DNA of 64,000 bases, from the IMG/VR virus record IMGVR_UViG_3300023257_000007, positions 248,001 through 312,000 of that record; one strand, written 5' to 3'. The notes under the pieces are model-generated. The model did no database searches. It was not told the DNA's origin and worked only from the letters and a program-made list of their open reading frames with translations. Made by a program: the position numbers and the translations under genes. Shown one piece after another: positions 56,605 through 63,678 of the stretch; position 1 is the stretch's first letter, and each line of letters starts with the position of its first letter.

Positions 56605-57135
56605 TTAATCTCCTTTTTTAAAATGTTTTTTTATTTTATTAATTGTATATTCAGACAAAATCCATGGAAATGTATATCCACTTTCTTTTTCTAATTTATC
56701 TGATTTTTCGTTTAAAAATCTTTCATTGCCTGGTATTTCTACAAAATATTTAATATCTTCATAATTAAAGTTTGAAACTACACCTGAACAAACATCCCAT
56801 TTTGAATATTGTGTCCTGAGTTTTATTTCTCCAAGAACGGGATTCAACTCAACCAATTTTTCATAATGAAAATCAGCAACTCTAACATCATTTAAATGAT
56901 ATGGTGATATATTAAATAATTCTGGAAAAGTTTTCCAATCTCCGCATATGTTTATATCTAAATATTCTGAATAGTCTTGAGCGGGTTTTTGCTCTATATT
57001 CTCAATTCCAAAACAAACCCACACATCACCATTATGGTATTCAGTTATTTTTTCTAATATTGATGTACCAATTTCTATTCTATCTTCTACTGATTTTGTA
57101 TAACCAAAATCACAGGCACCTGATTTTTTATTCAA
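56605..57135 (-). CDS. Hypothetical protein
   Basis: ORF track, 176 aa. Confidence 0.7.
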   Translation of the reverse strand: MNKKSGACDFGYTKSVEDRIEIGTSILEKITEYHNGDVWVCFGIENIEQKPAQDYSEYLDINICGDWKTFPELFNISPYHLNDVRVADFHYEKLVELNPVLGEIKLRTQYSKWDVCSGVVSNFNYEDIKYFVEIPGNERFLNEKSDKLEKESGYTFPWILSEYTINKIKKHFKKGD

Positions 57136-57211
57136 TTTTTATAATATTCTTTTTTGTGGTTATGTCTTTTTCAACTATAAACAGTAAACTGTTTTAAAAA
57201 ATATACATTTT

Positions 57212-58408
57212 TTAATTTGAACCAATAGTTATTAATTCTGGATGAACAGCACACCCTCTATCCCATTTAAATTCTGGGACTACTTTTTTTAATATATTAT
57301 ATGATGCGTTTAAATCAGCATTTATTAATATGTTTTCTTTACTTTTAAACATACCCCTTGAAACCCTTTTACCACAATATTCTTTATGTTTTTTTAATTC
57401 TTCACCATCAATAAAAGAACATTTACTTGTGAAACTTTCTTCATTTAATTTAACATTCAAACCTTCTTTTAATGCTTTATATTCAATCATTTGAATTAAT
57501 TTATAAAAAGGTATTTGAACAAAATTTTGATTATTCTTCTTACCCATATTTACATTTTGTTTCCAACTTTTATTATAACCAATAATTATTGTATTTAAAT
57601 CATTTTTTAAACAAAAATCAACCAAATATTTAGATGCATTATGTAAGTAATTATTTATTTTATTATTTCTTTTTTCAGTTAATAAATATAACCTTTTACT
57701 TATAAAAGTTTTCTTTGGTAATTTTGATTGTAATTTAGACAACTTTTTATTATAATATTGATTAATTGATTTTAATGGTCTACCGTTAATGATTATAGGT
57801 TTTACAACCTTTTCATTTGAAGTTATAGCCATTAAATTATTTACACCTAAATCAACACTACAATATTTACTATTGTCTAACTTTAAAGGTTTTTCATCAT
57901 ATTTATATACTATATTTATTTTATATTTTTTTGTTTTAAGTGGTTTTACCTGAACCTCAATTATTTTTTTACTTTTATTTTGAAATGGTAATTTAATACC
58001 TGTTTTATATAATTCTATATAACCTTCCTTTTCAAGATTTTTAGTTTTTACAGCATTATCCACCAAAATGGCTGTAAATTTACTATTTTTAGGTAAATAT
58101 TTAGGTAAATTTGGTTTACCAGTAAATCTATTTGGATTCTTTTTCCATTCTTTCATAGCGTTAAAAAAACTTTTCCAATTTGCATTAAGTATTCTTAGTG
58201 TTGGTCTAGCAATTCTAGATAATAAATCTTTATATTCTACGTGATCTTTCATAATGGTATACATATCATATACTGTAATATAATTACCATGATTAATAAA
58301 TTCCTGTCTGATAATGTAGTTAGCTTTATTGTAAAGATTTTTGGTTTTAACACAAATATCGTTTAAATTATTGTTATTTTTAATTATATGTGATTCAATT
58401 AAATACAA
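57212..58408 (-). CDS. tnpB: TnpB-family nuclease (IS1341-like clade), TTG start; no tnpA nearby
   Basis: KNLYNKANY, SVDLGVNN, IIIGYNKSWKQ, NEESFTSKCS, INADLNASYNI. Confidence 0.9.
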   Translation of the reverse strand: MYLIESHIIKNNNNLNDICVKTKNLYNKANYIIRQEFINHGNYITVYDMYTIMKDHVEYKDLLSRIARPTLRILNANWKSFFNAMKEWKKNPNRFTGKPNLPKYLPKNSKFTAILVDNAVKTKNLEKEGYIELYKTGIKLPFQNKSKKIIEVQVKPLKTKKYKINIVYKYDEKPLKLDNSKYCSVDLGVNNLMAITSNEKVVKPIIINGRPLKSINQYYNKKLSKLQSKLPKKTFISKRLYLLTEKRNNKINNYLHNASKYLVDFCLKNDLNTIIIGYNKSWKQNVNMGKKNNQNFVQIPFYKLIQMIEYKALKEGLNVKLNEESFTSKCSFIDGEELKKHKEYCGKRVSRGMFKSKENILINADLNASYNILKKVVPEFKWDRGCAVHPELITIGSN

Positions 58409-58437
58409 TTTGTGTAGAAATAATTTTTCTTTACACC

Positions 58438-58447
58438 TATATATTAA
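58438..58447 (-). promoter_or_regulatory. TTAATATATA promoter-like motif upstream of the second tnpB
   Basis: Exact motif 30 nt upstream of the start. Confidence 0.45.
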
Positions 58448-58486
58448 AAATAAAAAGTCAAGATAATATTTTTTATGGTTTTAATA

Positions 58487-58771
58487 TCATTTATTACATA
58501 AATGTACCAAACGTACTATGGTTTTAATATCATTTTTATTAAATCCGTTAATTTTAATTCTACCTCCTGTTGTTTTAAATAATAATCCGTCTCCAAATAA
58601 ACCACCTTCAACTGTTATTTCAACAATATTTTTTATTAGAATAACTGTTTCGTTTATTGATATTAAATTACCATCTCTTTTTTTATAAATCACTTCTGAA
58701 TCAGTGATAGTTATGTGGTCAGGTCTTAATAAATTGCCTCCGCACCAAAATTGTGATTTGAATTTTTTCAT
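58487..58771 (-). CDS. Bacterial PH-domain-like small protein
   Basis: ITITDSEVIYKK...ETVILIKNIVEITVEGGLFG..L.FKT.GG.I.I.G pattern. Confidence 0.45.
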   Translation of the reverse strand: MKKFKSQFWCGGNLLRPDHITITDSEVIYKKRDGNLISINETVILIKNIVEITVEGGLFGDGLLFKTTGGRIKINGFNKNDIKTIVRLVHLCNK

Positions 58772-58779
58772 ACTTAATT

Positions 58780-59364
58780 TTAATTTAATTTTATTATATT
58801 ATTTTTATTTTTCTTTTTTTCTTTTCCAATATAAATTGTGGTATCTTCACCCGCAATTTCATTAATAACTTTTGTTTCTGAAATTATTAATTTAACACCA
58901 TCTGACTTTTCTGGATTCTTATATTCTTTTGTAATTATTTCATCAGGTTTTGTCTCAACTTCAGGATTAGTATAACTTATACCACCATTGTCTCCAATTC
59001 CAAAATGGTCAAAAGTTTCATAATGATTCCATGTTGTATTTTTAGTAAATATACTATCAAACTCATGTATATTTACTTCAGTATATTCTTGTATGTGATT
59101 TTCACCATCATACTTATAATTTACAATAACAATCTCTTTTGTCTTATTATATTCAATTACTGGATATATTTGAGATGTTTCTGTTTTCCAATCAATCAAA
59201 AGACCTACAACTGATGAAGCAAAAATAACACAAAGAAAAGCAAACATAAATCCAGCTCCAACCGAAAAATCATTGTAATAATTTTTCTTCTTCCACGTTG
59301 TAAAAATTGAACATATTAATAATATAAAGGCAATACTACTTGCAACAATCAACAGTGTACTCAT
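58780..59364 (-). CDS. Two-TM membrane protein, tandem paralog 1
   Basis: Two N-terminal hydrophobic helices; IYPVIEYN; ends NNIIKLN. Confidence 0.8.
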   Translation of the reverse strand: MSTLLIVASSIAFILLICSIFTTWKKKNYYNDFSVGAGFMFAFLCVIFASSVVGLLIDWKTETSQIYPVIEYNKTKEIVIVNYKYDGENHIQEYTEVNIHEFDSIFTKNTTWNHYETFDHFGIGDNGGISYTNPEVETKPDEIITKEYKNPEKSDGVKLIISETKVINEIAGEDTTIYIGKEKKKNKNNIIKLN

Positions 59365-59366
59365 AA

Positions 59367-59898
59367 TTAATTTAATTTTATAATGTTAAACTTCTTTTTC
59401 TCTTTTTTTGTTTCTTCCTTCTTTTTCTCTTTAGGTTTTTCCTTAGGTTCTTCTTTTTTATATGATATCTCTCTGATTTTTGTTGAATCAACTATTTCAG
59501 GTGTCTCAAATTTTAAATTATGTTCTATAATTTTACCAAAATGATTTATTTCTTCTTTCACATAAAATACAGTATTCTCATTAAAATTAGTTTCAAACTC
59601 TTTATTTGTATATTTCTTTGCAAATGTTGTTGTCCAATTACTTAATTTATAATCATAAGTTGCTTTAACAACAAGAGTTTCTTCATTGTAAATAATATCA
59701 GGATAAGCATCAATATCATTTCTTTTCCATCCAGTAAAATAACCAATTAAAAATGTTGCAATAATAACAACTATAAACCACACACAAACAAGTACCAGTA
59801 CTCCACTCATGATAACCACCATCATCCCATGGTGTAAAAATCATAAATATTAAAAGTATTAAGGCTATACTTCCACCAATCCATATTAATAAACTCAT
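59367..59898 (-). pseudogene. Two-TM membrane protein, tandem paralog 2, split by a frameshift near 59800
   Basis: N-terminus MSLLIWIGGSIALILL (59898 frame) joins GVLVLVCVWF...FNIIKLN (59367 frame). Confidence 0.65.
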
Positions 59899-59900
59899 AT

Positions 59901-60401
59901 CTAATTTATTTTTATAATATTTTTTTTATCTGTAATTTTTACAGTATCTTTCTCTTCTTTTATATTGTTAATTGAACGCAATAAATCTTTTTCTTCTTTT
60001 ATATTTGAATAATTTTTATATTCGTAATCACTTTTCTGTTGAAATGTAACTTTTATATCCTTTTTATGTCCAAATAAATTTTTATCAAAAACAATATACC
60101 ATTGTATATCATTTGTTAATTTATCATATTTAATATTAACACCATCTTCATAATCTTTACCATCATATTGATAAATGGCAGTTACTTGATAATTCGTTTT
60201 ATTGTGTCTTATTTTAGGATATATCTGGTGTGTTTCATTGCTATAACTTATAGAAGCGTAAAACCAAAATATAATTGAACAAATTAAAGTACAAATCAAT
60301 GCACCATACCAATGTTCAGTTGCTTTACCAATCCATCCAAATATTAAACCTAATATACAAGCCGAACATATACATATCATAACTATTACACTTACACTCA
60401 T
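59901..60401 (-). CDS. Two-TM membrane protein, tandem paralog 3
   Basis: IYPKIRHN; ends KNIIKIN. Confidence 0.8.
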   Translation of the reverse strand: MSVSVIVMICICSACILGLIFGWIGKATEHWYGALICTLICSIIFWFYASISYSNETHQIYPKIRHNKTNYQVTAIYQYDGKDYEDGVNIKYDKLTNDIQWYIVFDKNLFGHKKDIKVTFQQKSDYEYKNYSNIKEEKDLLRSINNIKEEKDTVKITDKKNIIKIN

Positions 60402-60402
60402 A

Positions 60403-60888
60403 TTACAATTCTATTAAATTACTTTTTATTTTTTCTTTTATTTCAGGGTCTTTTTTCTTTTCTTCTGTTTTTTCTTCTGTTTTCTTAGAATAATCAACGC
60501 TTTTAACTATATTTTTAGGTTTTTTAAATACTATTGTAGATTTATTAAGTTTATAACCATAAAAATTCATATTATATTCAACATACCACTCTAAACCAGG
60601 TTTAAGATCATTGAAATTAACATTAATCTTTTCTGTTTTTTCTTCACCTTTATATTCATAAATAGCATAAACAATTTGATTATTTTCATCATAATCTATT
60701 CTAGGATAGATTCTTTCAGATACTTTATCAAACACATTACCCATAAATATAAATATGATAACAAATGAAATAACACCAATAATAAGACTCGGTACTCCAA
60801 GACCGACCAAATCTTTTTTTATCGAATAAATAAATCCCAATAAACATAATGGGAATATAAATAAATTTATTAAAGCAATTATACTCAT
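60403..60888 (-). CDS. Two-TM membrane protein, tandem paralog 4
   Basis: IYPRIDYD; ends SNLIEL. Confidence 0.8.
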   Translation of the reverse strand: MSIIALINLFIFPLCLLGFIYSIKKDLVGLGVPSLIIGVISFVIIFIFMGNVFDKVSERIYPRIDYDENNQIVYAIYEYKGEEKTEKINVNFNDLKPGLEWYVEYNMNFYGYKLNKSTIVFKKPKNIVKSVDYSKKTEEKTEEKKKDPEIKEKIKSNLIEL

Positions 60889-60889
60889 T

Positions 60890-61540
60890 TTAGTTAAATA
60901 TTTTATTAATTAATTTTTTGGCAATATCATCTTTGCCATTACATTTCACATAATTTTTCTCTGTATCAATAATATAAGCAATATGTTCTTTTGCTATTTG
61001 CATTTCTAATTTATCATTAGCAATAACAAAATCACTATTGTTTCTAGTCATTGATTCATAAGCAATGTCAATCAAATTATTCAAAGATTGACCAACTTCA
61101 AACTTAAAACTAACAAGTTTAATTTCTGGATTCCACTTCTTAATATAAGAAATAACTTTGGGATTCTTTTTAATTCTTGATCTTAAAGAATCAATAAAGG
61201 CTTGTGGACTATCGCTTTTTAATTTTTCATTTAAAGATTCAAAACCAAAATCACTAATAGCCATTGAATGAATCACCACATCCATTTTTGGTATTAATTT
61301 TTCCATTTCTTCCATAACTTCTTCAACAGAGTCAGCATATATTATATTGCCTTTGTAGAATATTTCAGGAATTACTGAATATTTAGAGCATAAATAATAA
61401 CAATCTTGAATTTTGACTGATTTACTCATGAGCAAATTGTCAGCAATCTTTGCTCCTAATTTACCTGTACTAATATTAGTTAATACTCTTACATCATCTA
61501 AATATTCTCTAGTTCCACCCGCTGTAATTAAAATCTTCAT
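60890..61540 (-). CDS. coaB: Phosphopantothenate--cysteine ligase (CoaB-like, stand-alone)
   Basis: ILITAGGTREYLDDVRVLTNISTGKLG, SMAISDF, LVSFKFE, VIAND. Confidence 0.85.
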   Translation of the reverse strand: MKILITAGGTREYLDDVRVLTNISTGKLGAKIADNLLMSKSVKIQDCYYLCSKYSVIPEIFYKGNIIYADSVEEVMEEMEKLIPKMDVVIHSMAISDFGFESLNEKLKSDSPQAFIDSLRSRIKKNPKVISYIKKWNPEIKLVSFKFEVGQSLNNLIDIAYESMTRNNSDFVIANDKLEMQIAKEHIAYIIDTEKNYVKCNGKDDIAKKLINKIFN

Positions 61541-61551
61541 ATTTTTATATT

Positions 61552-61752
61552 TTATATTTTGTCATAAATTATTATATCTACACTATTAACATAACTACTT
61601 TCTTTCTTTGAAGCAAACACTTTAATGTCTATCAATCTTCTTTCTTTACACCATATATCTAACCATTCATTGACTTGATTTTTTATATCCCATCTTCCAA
61701 TAGATAGTAAAGTGTCTATTCTTTTAGTTTCTTCTATACTATTTAAACTCAT
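61552..61752 (-). CDS. Small hypothetical protein, tandem paralog
   Basis: MSLN..EET...INEW...IDIK...IIIYD.I family. Confidence 0.75.
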   Translation of the reverse strand: MSLNSIEETKRIDTLLSIGRWDIKNQVNEWLDIWCKERRLIDIKVFASKKESSYVNSVDIIIYDKI

Positions 61753-61943
61753 ATTATATCATATATTATTAGTATATCTTTATCCCATTCACTACCTTTA
61801 GATAATGTAATTTTTATATCAATAATTTTATATTTTTCTTTATTCTCATTGATCCACTCATTAATTCTTGTTTGAACTTGAGTTTGTCTAATATCATATA
61901 AAAACTTAACCTGTAATGTTTCTTCTGTTTTATTTAAACTCAT
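61749..61943 (-). CDS. Small hypothetical protein, tandem paralog
   Basis: Same family; 41-bp junction identity 61741-61781 vs 61932-61972. Confidence 0.75.
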   Translation of the reverse strand: MSLNKTEETLQVKFLYDIRQTQVQTRINEWINENKEKYKIIDIKITLSKGSEWDKDILIIYDII

Positions 61944-62143
61944 ATTATATCATATATTATTAGTATATCTTTTCTAAACTCATATTCTTCATCAGAAGAC
62001 GATGCAATTATATTTATATCTATAATTTTATAATTAGATTTATTTTTCTCAATCCAATTGTTTATTTTCTTTGATACCTTTTTTTGTTTAATATCATATA
62101 AATAATGGACTCTCTTTGTTTCGTCTATTTTATTTAGGTTCAT
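61940..62143 (-). CDS. Small hypothetical protein, tandem paralog
   Basis: Same family. Confidence 0.75.
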   Translation of the reverse strand: MNLNKIDETKRVHYLYDIKQKKVSKKINNWIEKNKSNYKIIDINIIASSSDEEYEFRKDILIIYDII

Positions 62144-62246
62144 AAATTATCAGTATTGATTTGTAAGAACTAGAATAACTACCACCAGTAGAATTTGATA
62201 TTATTTTAATATTTATTAATTCAATATCCTCATTTTCCTTTAACCA
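62130..62246 (-). pseudogene. 5'-truncated fourth paralog of the 61552-62143 family
   Basis: WLKENEDIELINIKIISNSTGGSYSSSYKSILIIYEPK; no start; overlaps the coaC 3' end. Confidence 0.6.
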
Positions 62247-62700
62247 TTAAACCTTTAACAGGTGATATAATATGTGTATTATCCATAGATGCGACCAATC
62301 CTTCATTGAATTGATATTGAACACTTTCATACATTTTAGTATTCATTGCAGGACATATAATTCTAGGAGTTTCTTTTGGAAGAGCGATAAATGTACTAGT
62401 CACGAAATCATCAGCGATTCCATGTGCAAATTTAGCCATAATATTAGCAGTTGCTGGTACACAGATAAAAGCATCACAATTTTGTGCTTCCACAATATGT
62501 GATACTATATTTGGATCATCATTCGTAATATAATTACCTGATATAGTTCCTATAACTGTGGGAGTTATAAAATTTAGAGCATTTTTAGTTGTCATAACTC
62601 TAACAATATAACCAGAGGCTTTTAAACCTGAAATAACATCAGCAACTTTATAGGCTGATATACCACCACTAATGGCTATTAATATTGTTTTTGTGTTCAT
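62230..62700 (-). CDS. coaC: HFCD flavoprotein / phosphopantothenoylcysteine decarboxylase (CoaC-like), C-terminally truncated
   Basis: ILIAISGGISAYK, VPATANIMAKFAHGIADD, PAMNTKMY; ends PVKGLMVKGK without the LACG-type Cys motif. Confidence 0.8.
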   Translation of the reverse strand: MNTKTILIAISGGISAYKVADVISGLKASGYIVRVMTTKNALNFITPTVIGTISGNYITNDDPNIVSHIVEAQNCDAFICVPATANIMAKFAHGIADDFVTSTFIALPKETPRIICPAMNTKMYESVQYQFNEGLVASMDNTHIISPVKGLMVKGK

Positions 62701-62863
62701 TTATAAGTTCTTTATGCGATTTAATTTCAAAATAATCATCGAGAAATTTAATCAATTCTTTATATTATATTTTTCATCACCACTACTACTATATACTGTG
62801 AAAGATTTAACCGTAGATAAATTAAGTCTTTTGTTCTTTACTTTTATCCAAAGATCTTGTTTA

Positions 62864-63118
62864 TTATTCATATTCTTCTATTGCCTCCTCAACTGTTCTT
62901 ACATCAAAATATTTATTTAGGAAATCAACGAATTTCTTTCTATCATCTTCATTTCCAAACCAACAATCATGACATTCTTTTTCATAATCATAGAGTTCAA
63001 TACAAAATGGCCCACTACCATATTTTTTAAAGTATCTAATATTCTTTAAATTTATAGTATGCCCATTTTCCCCCTTCTCATTTAATTTAATCCAATAATC
63101 TTGTTCATTTAACGACAT
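62864..63118 (-). CDS. Hypothetical protein
   Basis: ORF track. Confidence 0.65.
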   Translation of the reverse strand: MSLNEQDYWIKLNEKGENGHTINLKNIRYFKKYGSGPFCIELYDYEKECHDCWFGNEDDRKKFVDFLNKYFDVRTVEEAIEEYE

Positions 63119-63121
63119 ATC

Positions 63122-63367
63122 TTACATTTTAGGGTAAATAAATTCTTTTCTAACTTTAGTCTCTATAGTTACATAATTATCAGACAATTCAACAATTCTA
63201 CCATCCATTCCATCTGAAAGTTGATTAAATTTAACATCATCACCTTTTCTCATACATTTTCTATATTTTCGAGCAATTCTCTCTTTTTTAACTGATTTTA
63301 TAATTCTATAAAATATATAACCTATAATACAAATTATACCTATTGCAAATAATATTTTTATTGTCAT
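63122..63367 (-). CDS. Small single-TM protein (YajC-like topology)
   Basis: N-terminal TM followed by RKGDDVKF...GRIVELSDNYVTIE. Confidence 0.5.
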   Translation of the reverse strand: MTIKILFAIGIICIIGYIFYRIIKSVKKERIARKYRKCMRKGDDVKFNQLSDGMDGRIVELSDNYVTIETKVRKEFIYPKM

Positions 63368-63522
63368 AATAATCCTAAATCTTTTCCATTAAGATAATCA
63401 GCTAATCTTTCTTTTAATATATCGGCCAATTCATCTTCTGTTAATATTTCTCTTAATTTACTCATGATAATATCGTAATTTAATGGTTCATCAATACTAC
63501 AAAAATCTTCATCATTACTCAT
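63364..63522 (-). CDS. 52-aa hypothetical protein, C-tag A (not in the ORF track)
   Basis: MSNDEDF...ADYLNGKDLGLL. Confidence 0.7.
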   Translation of the reverse strand: MSNDEDFCSIDEPLNYDIIMSKLREILTEDELADILKERLADYLNGKDLGLL

Positions 63523-63605
63523 TTATTCATTTATTTTTTAATCAACTGTAATATACAAAAAAATTTTAAATAAAAAAACGTGTTATAAAAATTAAGAAGT
63601 TTATT

Positions 63606-63615
63606 TTAATATATA
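63606..63615 (+). promoter_or_regulatory. TTAATATATA promoter-like motif
   Basis: Exact motif upstream of 63639 and 63679. Confidence 0.55.
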
Positions 63616-63638
63616 TTTCAAAAGATCTTAATAGTTTA

Positions 63639-63674
63639 ATGAAAAATTACGAACAATTTATTAAAGAAATATAA
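63639..63674 (+). other. 11-aa ORF consisting only of an N-tag
   Basis: MKNYEQFIKEI-stop. Confidence 0.5.
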
Positions 63675-63678
63675 AATA

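Noticed and set aside
6258-62920. Antisense or shadow ORFs in the track (e.g. 1543-1737, 6258-6449, 7608-8072, 12051-12263, 15840-16079, 19156-19461, 24148-24648, 28078-28466, 29402-29701, 37813-38100, 43220-43429, 44092-44310, 62272-62502, 62672-62920)
   Set aside because: They overlap better-supported genes on the opposite strand or in another frame, with low-complexity I/L/F/S-rich translations.
345-63522. Integron cassette array (attC sites)
   Set aside because: No integron integrase and no GTTRRRY-bounded attC hairpins; genes lie on both strands and the repeats are coding.
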